A DNA stretch of 64,000 nucleotides from Candidatus Sigynarchaeum calidifontis (GTDB lineage: Archaea; Asgardarchaeota; Lokiarchaeia; Sigyniarchaeales; Sigyniarchaeaceae). The DNA is taken from assembly GCA_030587475.2 (NCBI GenBank), contig JAUQYZ020000078.1:22113-86112 (forward strand). The letters run 5' to 3'. A model generated the notes under the pieces. The model did not search any database and was not told the origin of the DNA. It saw only the letters and a program-made list of their open reading frames with translations. The position numbers and the translations under genes were made by a program. Positions 8,836 through 18,181 of this stretch are shown here, piece after piece (positions within the stretch are counted from its first letter, which is position 1; each line of letters starts with the position of its first letter).

Positions 8836-10077
8836 ATGCAAACCAAGGGACCTCTTATGGACGAAGCAATCGAGATCATCAAGAACTGGAAGCTCACGCG
8901 GGTTATTTTCGAGGACGGGGCATTGAACTCGGCCGGGGAGATCGCGAAGGGCATGGGCATGAAGAACGCCTTGATCGCCATCGGTGGCGGGTCGGTCGAG
9001 AAGAGCGGCCAGCTCGGGCGACTCCAAGCAGCATTGGCAGCAGCGGGCATCAAGCACGACTTGTTCAAAGGCATCGAACCGAACCCGTCAGTCGAGACGA
9101 TCTATCGCATGGCCCTGAAACTGCTGCACTGCAAGGCTGACGGCATCGTCGGCCTGGGTGGCGGGTCGGTGCTCGACGCGTGCAAGGCGGCGAATGTGAT
9201 GGTCAGCGCGAAGGCCGATGACATTCACCCGTATTTTGGTGTTGACAACATCAAGAAATCCTTCAAAGGTACCTTGCTCCCCTTTTTACCGATCCCGACA
9301 ACGGCCGGCACGTCGGCCGAGGTCACGAAGTACAGCAACATCACCGACCATGCGCTGGGTGTCAAGAAACTCATCTCTGACGAGACTATTATCCCGAAAC
9401 AAGCTATCGTCGATCCGGAATTGACGAAGACTTGCCCGCCAGCGCTCACACGGGTCGTGGGGCTAGACACGCTCACGCACCTCATGGAAGGGTACATGAA
9501 CAACGTGCATGACAGCATCGATCCCGGCGCGAATGCTCGGGCCATCGAGGGCATGCGATTGGTGTTCAAGTACCTGCCCCGCGCGGTGAAAGACGGGTCG
9601 GACATGGAGGCCCGGCGGGCAATGAGCGCGGCTTGCGTGCTTGGCGGGACGGTCATCGTCTACAAGTCGACGGGTGGCCCGCACATGAATTCATTCTCGT
9701 GGTACAGCGTCCTGGATCACGGGGAGGCCACGGCCTTGATGTTGCCCTATTACACGGCTTACTACGGGAAGAATATCCCCGGCAAGATCGATCAAATCGC
9801 AAAGCTGATGGAGCTCAAGGTTTCGGGGGACGGGACGCGGGCAGTGGTCCTCGGCTTGATCGACTTCTACAAGGCCATCGGGCAAAAGACGAGGCTGGCG
9901 GAACACGGGCAGTTCCCGAAGGACTTCATCGAGAAGGCCATCGCGGACGCGGCACAGAACCAGATGAAGCTCGACGCGATGCCGCGCCCCGTTCCCGCCA
10001 TGAGGAGCAAGGAGGTATTGCGAACGATCATCGAGGGCGCGTGGACGGGCGACATCGAACCGATACTGGCGCTGTGA
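8836..10077 (+). CDS. Iron-containing alcohol dehydrogenase
   Basis: IEPNP, GLGGGSVLDACK, IPTTAGTSAEVT, AIVDPELT, DTLTHLMEGY; metal ligands in GPHM and HGEA. Confidence 0.92.
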   Translation: MQTKGPLMDEAIEIIKNWKLTRVIFEDGALNSAGEIAKGMGMKNALIAIGGGSVEKSGQLGRLQAALAAAGIKHDLFKGIEPNPSVETIYRMALKLLHCKADGIVGLGGGSVLDACKAANVMVSAKADDIHPYFGVDNIKKSFKGTLLPFLPIPTTAGTSAEVTKYSNITDHALGVKKLISDETIIPKQAIVDPELTKTCPPALTRVVGLDTLTHLMEGYMNNVHDSIDPGANARAIEGMRLVFKYLPRAVKDGSDMEARRAMSAACVLGGTVIVYKSTGGPHMNSFSWYSVLDHGEATALMLPYYTAYYGKNIPGKIDQIAKLMELKVSGDGTRAVVLGLIDFYKAIGQKTRLAEHGQFPKDFIEKAIADAAQNQMKLDAMPRPVPAMRSKEVLRTIIEGAWTGDIEPILAL

Positions 10078-10102
10078 TTTCACCTTTTTCCTTTCCGCAA
10101 TG

Positions 10103-10969
10103 TTAAAAATTGAGATTGAAGAGTGACAGCACAAGCTGGATGCCTGCGAAGATGGCGATCGCGCAAAGTATTTTTTTCAATATTGATGTCTTGAACTTGC
10201 TCTGGTACCTCGCACCTAGCGTGGCGCCGATGCCAGCGCCTATCGATAGCGAGATACCGACGACCCAGTCGAAACTGGCCAAGAACGTGTGCGTGAACAT
10301 GCTGAACCAATACGTCATCGCCATGGCGAACACGGAGGAACCGACCGCGACGGGCAAGGGGATGCCGATCAATATCATGGAACATGTATCCGCGGTACCG
10401 CCACCCATTCCAGCAAATCCAGTGATGAAACCGCCAAAAAAACTAGAAACAAAGCATTGTGACAAGAACTTGCGCGTGAACGCTATCTTGTAGTCCCTCG
10501 CGTCGACCATTATGGGATTCGTGGCAGTCACGAGCCCTTCACAAGCGGCAGCTTCATTTGAAACGTTTGATGCTCTTCCAGAGCCGGCCGGGCATCTCTG
10601 CTCGGTCTTGTTGGACAGGATCAAGAGCGCGAGGCCGATGATCACGAATCCGCAAGCACCCGCCAGTATCGCAGCGTTGAACAGCGACGCAAGCCAAGCC
10701 CCGATCAGCACGCCGGGAACGTCGACCACGTTGTAAATGAGACCGATCTTGTAGTTTACCTTCCGCTGCCGTACATACTGGATGGTCGCGGTCGTCGTGC
10801 TCACCGCGCCCGCGAGGAGCGAGCAACCGACTGCTATGTCGGCCGGCACACCGAATGCGAGGATCATCACGGGAAGGAACAGCAGCGCCCCGGCAAGGCC
10901 AACCATCGAGGTGATGAAAGCGATACACCCGGCAATGCCAGCGAGGAGGAGGAGTGCCAACGCGTCCAA
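10103..10969 (-). CDS. TauE/SafE (TSUP) family anion/sulfite exporter
   Basis: Two homologous halves (MVGLAGALLFLP; FAGMGGG), AVGCSL/AVGSS motifs, about 8 TM. Confidence 0.88.
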   Translation of the reverse strand: MDALALLLLAGIAGCIAFITSMVGLAGALLFLPVMILAFGVPADIAVGCSLLAGAVSTTTATIQYVRQRKVNYKIGLIYNVVDVPGVLIGAWLASLFNAAILAGACGFVIIGLALLILSNKTEQRCPAGSGRASNVSNEAAACEGLVTATNPIMVDARDYKIAFTRKFLSQCFVSSFFGGFITGFAGMGGGTADTCSMILIGIPLPVAVGSSVFAMAMTYWFSMFTHTFLASFDWVVGISLSIGAGIGATLGARYQSKFKTSILKKILCAIAIFAGIQLVLSLFNLNF

Positions 10970-11502
10970 CGAGAGTCACATCTCCTATCGAAGACCCATA
11001 AAAAGAAACGGAAGCTCTCTTTTGAGGCTTTCCATTTGCGAAAGAAAGCGTTCTCGAAGGCAGCCAACACGTTGGATTACAAAGTGATGGGGGTGCACAT
11101 GTACAATTACTAATAATTAACCTTCCAAATTTCGAATTCCAACTCGTGTTAATCCGATCGAACCAATTTTACATGAACTAATCGAAGATGACGAAAGGCT
11201 AATCCGTGCTGTCCGATGCTTGAAATTGATAAAACCGGCAGAATCCATGCGAACGGTGCGACTCCCGAAGAGAGGTTCTTAAACAATGACATTTCTTCAA
11301 GATTTTCAAGAATCATGGCTCGTGCGAGTGGAGTGCCTTTGCATCTACATGTTTAGGCTTTTTATCGGGGTAAATCTTGATCCTGGGGATTGAAAAAGCC
11401 AAAGCATGAATTGTTAAGCTCGATCTTGTCGATCGACATGGAGACGGGGTTTGATCCGCCGCTGCTTTTATCTGATCTTTTAATACTTTGATTCGAACCT
11501 TG

Positions 11503-13083
11503 ATGCATTCACGAGTGAAAGCGGAGCTGATATGGGCTTTGGACGAGAAGAATCGACTTCCCATGTACGTGCTCAGGAAATTTGGAGATAAAGATGATCC
11601 AGGCGGGCCATCCGATGCAGAAATCCTGGCCAACACGATCAGCCGTATATTTTCTGATCAAGAGGGCATCGTGTTTTACGAGATATACAAGATGGTCGAA
11701 AACGGCCAGAAAGAACCGGCAATCGAAGCCTTCGATCGCGTGCTCGCGCGATGCCGCAAGATCGGGAACAAGGCGGACCCGATGCGCGCGGCTTGCCTCA
11801 CCGGCAAAGGAATGATCTTCGTGACGCTCGGTCGTGCCTTAGACGCCATCGAATGCGAGAACGAAGCGCTTGCCTGGCAACCAATGAATCCGTTGGCTAC
11901 GCTAACACTCGGCGACGCTCATGCACAGCTCAAATCTTATGACGAGGCGATCCATTGGTACGACGAGACCCTTGCCTTGCGCGAGAAAAACATGTACGAG
12001 TGTGCCTTCATTCTACCATACCACGTTACGAAGATGAAAGCGCGCGTGGAGGTGGCCAGAGGCGATTTAGAAAAGGCCATTTCATTCCTCAACCGCTTCG
12101 CGGACATTGGGGAACAATTCATGGATGGTGCAGACGCGCTGCGAACCCGCGGCTTGTATCACTCACTCGCAGGACACTGGAAGGATGCCCACGGCGATTT
12201 CTCTCGTTCCTACCTGATACAGAAATCCACACTCGTCCGCGCGTCCTTGATGGAAGCTTGCTTGATGGTGGATGACCTGACACGGATTCGGGCACTCGCT
12301 AATGACGATGATGATGACGGGGCTATGAATGCTGGGCACCGTGTTATTTGCGAGTACTTTGCTGCGATCGAGCGGTTTTTGGCCGGGGAGACCAAGCAAG
12401 GTGTCGCAGCTTGCGTGAAATTGTGCACGCGCACCCCATCTCCCGAGACTGACTGGGATTTCGGGCCGCTGAACGACTACATCCGGAATCGCGTCGATGC
12501 TTCTATCATGGCTTTCCTCGTGGCGGTCCAGGACTGGATCGTGGGAAAAGTTGATGCTGATGCTTGCATCGCAGCCATTTCAGCGTTAAATATGGGAATC
12601 GATACTAATCTCAAGGAAAAGCAAGGTTTCGACATGGCAGAGGCCAAACATATCGCTGCCTTGATGCACGCCGAGATAATGGCGATACCCTTGGAGGTGA
12701 CCGACGAACAATTCAAGATCCAGTGTACCGTGATCGGTGATCACCTCCGGTACAAGGGCATCGCTTGTTTAGGAGGTCGCCCAACGTCCCTGGCTATCCT
12801 ATTTGAATCGCCGCGGCTGTTTCGCCATCCAGACGAGGCGGAGGGCTTCGAAGACACGCTGGTCTACAAGGAAATGGCAGCAATCACGGATGCCGTTTGT
12901 CACGTGTGGGACAAATATTCAAAATTTCTTAAAAACCGGGCCCATATCGAGATATTCGGGGACACGACCGAGCACAAGGAATGGCTCACGCCCGGCGGGC
13001 GCACGTGGACACTGTCCGAGGTGGTTCCCGTTGACAAGCGGGACATGTTGAAAAAAATGCTCGGTGATCCATTCGGTATTTAA
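11503..13083 (+). CDS. Tetratricopeptide-repeat protein with unknown C-terminal domain
   Basis: TPR-like helices (AIEAFDRVL; KGMIFVTLGRALDAIECENEAL; LGDAHAQLKSYDEAIHWYDETL; RGLYHSLAGHWKDAHGDF). Start uncertain (11488/11503/11563). Confidence 0.7.
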   Translation: MHSRVKAELIWALDEKNRLPMYVLRKFGDKDDPGGPSDAEILANTISRIFSDQEGIVFYEIYKMVENGQKEPAIEAFDRVLARCRKIGNKADPMRAACLTGKGMIFVTLGRALDAIECENEALAWQPMNPLATLTLGDAHAQLKSYDEAIHWYDETLALREKNMYECAFILPYHVTKMKARVEVARGDLEKAISFLNRFADIGEQFMDGADALRTRGLYHSLAGHWKDAHGDFSRSYLIQKSTLVRASLMEACLMVDDLTRIRALANDDDDDGAMNAGHRVICEYFAAIERFLAGETKQGVAACVKLCTRTPSPETDWDFGPLNDYIRNRVDASIMAFLVAVQDWIVGKVDADACIAAISALNMGIDTNLKEKQGFDMAEAKHIAALMHAEIMAIPLEVTDEQFKIQCTVIGDHLRYKGIACLGGRPTSLAILFESPRLFRHPDEAEGFEDTLVYKEMAAITDAVCHVWDKYSKFLKNRAHIEIFGDTTEHKEWLTPGGRTWTLSEVVPVDKRDMLKKMLGDPFGI

Positions 13084-13337
13084 AACCAAAAGTGAACCGC
13101 GTGCGGGTCGGCCAGAACTGGTCGAGGGCATCTCGGGCCGTGGTGCCGTAATCGGTATCGAAGGCCATGTCGATGTCAGCGTCGAAGAAAAACCCGATGA
13201 GATGCCCTAAGGAGATTCCCTGGAATCACGGTTCTTTCTTGGCGGGAATAAGCAATATTCAAGTGGAACGATATTGAAAGGTCGATTGGTGAAAAATAGA
13301 GAAGATAGAGCGATTTTGGATGAAATCCCTTCGCGCT

Positions 13338-14822
13338 TTAACTGCGAACGCGGCGGGGGTTGTACATCATACTGAGCTCGTGTGGCGTGATGTTCATGAA
13401 GTATTTCTGGCGCAGCAGCTGTGCCGTGTCCACCTTGTCGTACTTCTCCGACTTGATGAGCTTCATGGCAAAGGCAATGCGCTGGGGCTTGTCGGGAATG
13501 GTAATTCCCTTTCGTTTCTCGAGCTTCTCGATGTACATGGTCAAGGCGGCTTGGAGCTCGTCGTCGCTGATGTCCTTGACCTTCTTTTTCATCTCGTTGT
13601 ACAAGCTGCGCATGACTTTCTGGGCTTCTGGATGGTACTTGATGATGGTCGCGAACATGACGATGTTTGCCCGGAATAGCGGGTCCTTCGCGAGCGCGTC
13701 GTCCTTGAACGTGATCTCCCACTTGCCACCAATGTCCGCGGCGCGGCCATCGATCTCGGCGACGATCTTGTTTCCATTCATGGGGTCCTTGACGATGTAG
13801 TCCGTGCCGGGCGTGAACCGCTTGCCCTCGATGAGGAAATACCGCACGTAGAAGTTCATGGGCAGCTTGTCCGTGCTCTTGATCTCCTGCGCCATGTTGA
13901 TGCCCTTCTCGACCGACATCTCGAAAAGCTCCTCCATATCGATACGGCGCGAGATGACCGGCATGACGAACCTGTGCCCGGTGACAGCGTGCGACCTGAC
14001 CAGCTGGATCTGGTAGTCGAATCCCGGTAGCGTGATGACAGCGGAGAACAGCGGATCTTTTTCACCGAACGTGAGGGTCATGCTCTCGAGCAGCGACTGC
14101 TCGATCGTTCCCATCCAGATACCTCGCTTGTCGATCTCCGAGTGCGCCATGTCCCTGAAGACCTTGATGATGAGCCGGCGGTTGATGCCCGCGAACTCGG
14201 CAAACTTCCGGGTGAGATAGTTGGGGAGATACCGCTTCTTGTCGGCCTTCCCGTCCTGGTCCACGTCGACCTCTTCCATCTTGCTCTTGTCCTCGACCTC
14301 CGTGTCCCAATAGCGCTGGTTTATCGCGATGATCAGCTTCCGGTCGTTCTCGGCCGGGATCGGGTCGAGTTTCTCGTTGTTCTTGTCCATGTATTCTTGT
14401 TTCTTTGCCTTGGAAAGCTTCTTGAGCGGGTCGAGGATGAGCTTCTTGTAGGTTTTCGGGTCCTTCTTGATTTCTTCGAGGGGCTTGCCAAGCTCCTTCG
14501 CGCGGTCGATTTCATAATATTTCAAGATTTTCTCTTCCATCATCTTTATCTCGTCGAACTCGTAAAGCACGTCGCCGACGATGTCCATCTCGGGTGAAAA
14601 TTGGCGGGACTTGCTTTGCCACTGCGCATCCTTTCTAATGCCGATCCGGGCACCGTGCGCGCCCGTTCTCCAAAAGTTCACGATGATCTTCTTGACAGGG
14701 AGGGCGCGGCCCTTTTCGATCATGAGCTTCGAGGACGCTTCCCTTTCGATGTCCTCGGTGCTGTACTCGTCCTCTCCTATCTTTCCATCTTCATCGATAT
14801 CTCGCATCTGTGCATCTGACAT
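13338..14822 (-). CDS. Hypothetical protein with tubby-C/LURP-one/scramblase-like C-terminal region and DxDxDG Ca-binding loops
   Basis: FLIEGKRFTPGTDYIVKD...IVAEIDGRAADIGGKWEITF...FRANIVMFATII resembles the last strands plus central helix of the tubby/scramblase barrel; DIDEDGKIGEDE at the N-terminus. Confidence 0.55.
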   Translation of the reverse strand: MSDAQMRDIDEDGKIGEDEYSTEDIEREASSKLMIEKGRALPVKKIIVNFWRTGAHGARIGIRKDAQWQSKSRQFSPEMDIVGDVLYEFDEIKMMEEKILKYYEIDRAKELGKPLEEIKKDPKTYKKLILDPLKKLSKAKKQEYMDKNNEKLDPIPAENDRKLIIAINQRYWDTEVEDKSKMEEVDVDQDGKADKKRYLPNYLTRKFAEFAGINRRLIIKVFRDMAHSEIDKRGIWMGTIEQSLLESMTLTFGEKDPLFSAVITLPGFDYQIQLVRSHAVTGHRFVMPVISRRIDMEELFEMSVEKGINMAQEIKSTDKLPMNFYVRYFLIEGKRFTPGTDYIVKDPMNGNKIVAEIDGRAADIGGKWEITFKDDALAKDPLFRANIVMFATIIKYHPEAQKVMRSLYNEMKKKVKDISDDELQAALTMYIEKLEKRKGITIPDKPQRIAFAMKLIKSEKYDKVDTAQLLRQKYFMNITPHELSMMYNPRRVRS

Positions 14823-14944
14823 GTCGTATCCACTTCTACTTTGTCAACGATCTGGGGTCGAGGTAACTAGAACTTTTTGACAGATAAGGGAATGGTGATG
14901 AGATTAATTAATTATTGCGGCACATCGATATGACATTGATTATC

Positions 14945-16594
14945 ATGTCTTCTGACAAGCCCGCGCCCAGGGATTACCCGACCAAGGAGGATCCGGTCAC
15001 CACGGCCGCTGGCCTCAAGCTGGTCGTGGTTCCCCGGCAATCGCCGGCGCTGGACATCCCTGGGCACGGCTGGGGCACGGCATTTGGCAAGGTCTTTGAT
15101 TTTCTCGGGAACAACGCCATGGCGCCCGCGGGCATCATCAAGGGGCCGTGGCTCCGGCCGGGCCCGGCGTGGAAGGGCACGTGGCTCCTTGAAGATGCAT
15201 TCATCTCACGGGTCTGGTCGCTGTGCAACCTGGACTTCACGAGAGACGTGCTCGACACTTGCTTGCAATACCAGGTCACGACCACCCCCGAAGACGACAC
15301 GAGCTTCGGGCGGATCCCGCACTCGATCACCCCCAACGGGATCGGCCCGTGGGCGGCGCCTCCGCTTTTGGACTACGCGTACTGGGAACTCTTCAAGAAA
15401 AACGGCTCCGTCGCCATGATCCAAGACGTGTTCACCCGCCTCTTCGATTACCATCTCTGGCTCAATTACAACCGTGACACGAACAAGGATGGCCTCTATT
15501 CCTGGACCCATCCCTCCGAGTCAGGCCTCGAGAACGCCCCCCGCTTCGACAAGGTTCCCGCCAAGGATTGCGACGCGGTGGACCTGTCATGCCTCGTGTC
15601 CGTCCAGCTGCGCTCGCTCATCAACATGGCCGCTGTGCTCAAGGAGGACACGGTCAAGGAAAACCTCGAGGCGCGCAAGCGGGAGCTGGACGGCTGGATC
15701 AACGACGACCTCTGGGATCCTTCGACTGGCTTCTATTATGACAAGGCTATCGCCGGCCCGCAAAAAGGACAATTCGTAGGGCCGCGGTCTATCGTCGGCT
15801 GGTACCCTCTGTTCGCGGGCATCGTCCCAAAGGACAGGCTCGGGCAGTACCTCAGGCATCTATCGAGCCGCGACGAGTTCTGGACGACATTCCCCGTGCC
15901 TTCGGTTGCACAGGATGACCCGGCGTTCGACAAGACCATGAACATGTGGCGCGGCGCCACGTGGGTCGTGGGCAATTACATGATCATCAAGGGCATAAAG
16001 GGGTATGGATTCCGGCAGCTTCCCGGGGAGCTCGCGTACATCACGGCGTTTCACGTGTTCGAGACCTTCAAGAAAAAAAACAATTTCTTCGAGTATTACA
16101 ATTCCATAGGCTCGAACGATAACATCGAGCTGCTCACCCGCAAGAACGAGAAGACAGGGCCGCGCGCGTCGTGTGTAGGCAGCACGGGGCTCGTCGCCAA
16201 CATCTTGCTCGAGGATATGCTCGGCATCGAGCCACAACATGATTCTATCTTGCTCCAGCCGAGCGTGCCCGACAAGTTCATCGCGAAGCTCGGCGGCAAC
16301 CCGGTCACCGGGTCGCTTCCCGGCATCATCGGCTGGAAACAAGAGCGTCCCATCAACTTCAAGATGACCTTCAATAAAGGCGGCATGATCGAGTATGAAT
16401 TCACGCTAGCGAACCCGATGGACATCTATGTGGTTGAATTTTCCTCCAAAGAGAAAATATTTTCGGGTGAAAACGTTGGCATCGTCCAGGTCGAGATGAA
16501 CAACAACAAGGATATTATCTCGATCTTTTCCAATCCGGATAGCAAGTCTATCAAGGATGAATTCCTCAATAAGGACGGCAAGACTTCTAATTGA
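14945..16594 (+). CDS. GH63/MGH1-like (alpha/alpha)6 glycoside hydrolase (cytoplasmic)
   Basis: PPLL, ESGLENAPRFD, LWDPSTGFYYD, PVPSVA, MWRGATW, FFEYY; no signal peptide. Confidence 0.82.
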   Translation: MSSDKPAPRDYPTKEDPVTTAAGLKLVVVPRQSPALDIPGHGWGTAFGKVFDFLGNNAMAPAGIIKGPWLRPGPAWKGTWLLEDAFISRVWSLCNLDFTRDVLDTCLQYQVTTTPEDDTSFGRIPHSITPNGIGPWAAPPLLDYAYWELFKKNGSVAMIQDVFTRLFDYHLWLNYNRDTNKDGLYSWTHPSESGLENAPRFDKVPAKDCDAVDLSCLVSVQLRSLINMAAVLKEDTVKENLEARKRELDGWINDDLWDPSTGFYYDKAIAGPQKGQFVGPRSIVGWYPLFAGIVPKDRLGQYLRHLSSRDEFWTTFPVPSVAQDDPAFDKTMNMWRGATWVVGNYMIIKGIKGYGFRQLPGELAYITAFHVFETFKKKNNFFEYYNSIGSNDNIELLTRKNEKTGPRASCVGSTGLVANILLEDMLGIEPQHDSILLQPSVPDKFIAKLGGNPVTGSLPGIIGWKQERPINFKMTFNKGGMIEYEFTLANPMDIYVVEFSSKEKIFSGENVGIVQVEMNNNKDIISIFSNPDSKSIKDEFLNKDGKTSN

Positions 16595-16631
16595 AAGGGA
16601 TGTTGGAGCAAGAAAGAATTTTTTCCCGCTT

Positions 16632-18164
16632 TCAGAACCAGGCCGCGAGCGGTTCCCTTGCCACGTATACCATGTGCCGGATGGCCGCGAGGCCTTGCAT
16701 GTACGTGGTGCTCAGCGACGTGTGGTAGGGCGGCCGCGTGGGCATCGCCCGGACCAAGTCAGACAGCGACCGGGCCACGACGTGCGATGCCAAGGTCACG
16801 TTCTCGTGGTACCGGTACAGCTGGAACCATGCTTGCCTGAGCACGAGGTAATAATTCCCATCGCCCGTTTCCCCGTTGATCATGTCCGAGAACGTGTTCG
16901 TGTGGTTCACGTACCCGGGTGGCTTGAGATTATTATCGAGTTCCAATTGCGCCGTCTGGGATGGCCTTCCCCGGTAAACGAAATCGATGAACGTGTGCGA
17001 GAGCCGCCGCATGTCGGTCGCCGTGAACACGATGCCCCGCTCGTGGCAGTCGACGGCGAACTCGACCTCGATGCAGCCGTGGCTCGTGTCCTCGTTATTC
17101 CCGTTCCAATCGTAACCCCACGTGTACATCTCCCGCGTCTCGCCGTCCATCGTGTATGTCCGCAGCGTTAGGTATTTCTGAAAGAACCTTGCCATCTTCG
17201 TGGCCATGGCGAGGTACGTCGCGTTCCCGGTAAAATCATAAGATTGCAAGGTCATGAGGCCGAAAGCGGCGATGCGATTGAATATCGCGGTGGTGTTCTG
17301 CGGCGGGCTCACGTAATATCCGCTGCCATCGCCCGGCTCGTGCCAGTGGGTCTTGTTCCACTTCTGGATGACTTGCTCGCAAACAGAGATGTAGTCCAAG
17401 GCCTTCGCCTGCAGCGAAAGGTTCGCCCAGAGCGTTACATCCCGCTTGATGATGTTGGCGATCTGCGCGAGCGGCATGAGGACGATGCCGTCCCAAACGA
17501 TGTACTCGACGTACACGCCGTCCGTGTAGGTATCGGTGCCATAACCTGGCACGCCGTCGCCATTCCGGTCCCGGTTGGCGTAGATGGAGTCCGTCCGGTT
17601 TAGAAGTGGCCACAAATATTTTTCGTCCCTGGTCGCGTTGTACATGTGCACGAAACCCCGGCACACGTAGGATTCTCCCCACGCGTAGCCATCTGGAGTC
17701 GTGGGATTGCCGGATGGCCAGATAGACGCGTATAACGTCTCGAGCGTCTGGTTGAGGTCGCCATACTGCGTCGAGAACGTGAACGAGGGGTCGTACTGGA
17801 TGGCGAACTGGCGCGGGTAGAGCTTGTAAGGTTTCGGGACCAGCCGGTCCCACGCGTACCAGCCGATGCCCGCCGCGGAACCCGCGATGAGGACGATGCC
17901 GGTCAAGAACAGCGCGATCGCCTTCCCGCGCGGCATCTCTTTCCGGCGGTGGTTGATGATGCCCGTCGCGATGCACGTGGCCGCGAGACCATACAACACG
18001 ACCGCCCCGATGACGAAATAGTACCAGTATTCGACCAGCTCGTCCTCGTCCCAGAGAAAGAGAATGGCCGTCGTGACGAGCGCGAGCAACATGCCGAAGA
18101 CGAGGTAGAAGATCGCGCCGGACCTTCGCAAGAAATCTCGCCGGGCTCGATGAGTTTCATTCAC
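16632..18164 (-). CDS. Membrane-anchored (3 TM) extracellular protein, six-hairpin glycosidase-like
   Basis: Three N-terminal TM; helical repeats MYNATRDEKYL and YDFTGNATYLAMATKMARFF; EDTSHG motif; many N-glycosylation sequons. Confidence 0.55.
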   Translation of the reverse strand: MNETHRARRDFLRRSGAIFYLVFGMLLALVTTAILFLWDEDELVEYWYYFVIGAVVLYGLAATCIATGIINHRRKEMPRGKAIALFLTGIVLIAGSAAGIGWYAWDRLVPKPYKLYPRQFAIQYDPSFTFSTQYGDLNQTLETLYASIWPSGNPTTPDGYAWGESYVCRGFVHMYNATRDEKYLWPLLNRTDSIYANRDRNGDGVPGYGTDTYTDGVYVEYIVWDGIVLMPLAQIANIIKRDVTLWANLSLQAKALDYISVCEQVIQKWNKTHWHEPGDGSGYYVSPPQNTTAIFNRIAAFGLMTLQSYDFTGNATYLAMATKMARFFQKYLTLRTYTMDGETREMYTWGYDWNGNNEDTSHGCIEVEFAVDCHERGIVFTATDMRRLSHTFIDFVYRGRPSQTAQLELDNNLKPPGYVNHTNTFSDMINGETGDGNYYLVLRQAWFQLYRYHENVTLASHVVARSLSDLVRAMPTRPPYHTSLSTTYMQGLAAIRHMVYVAREPLAAWF

Positions 18165-18181
18165 GTCATTTCACGGATTCA

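Noticed and set aside
11440-11462. T-arm-like GGGGTTTGATCCGCC suggesting a tRNA fragment
   Set aside because: Lacks the TTC consensus, and no acceptor, D or anticodon arms can be formed.
13197-13240. Possible eukaryote-type SECIS (ATGA...AA) downstream of the TPR gene
   Set aside because: ATGA-to-AA spacing is too short, no matching GA quartet stem is apparent, and neither flanking gene has an in-frame TGA.
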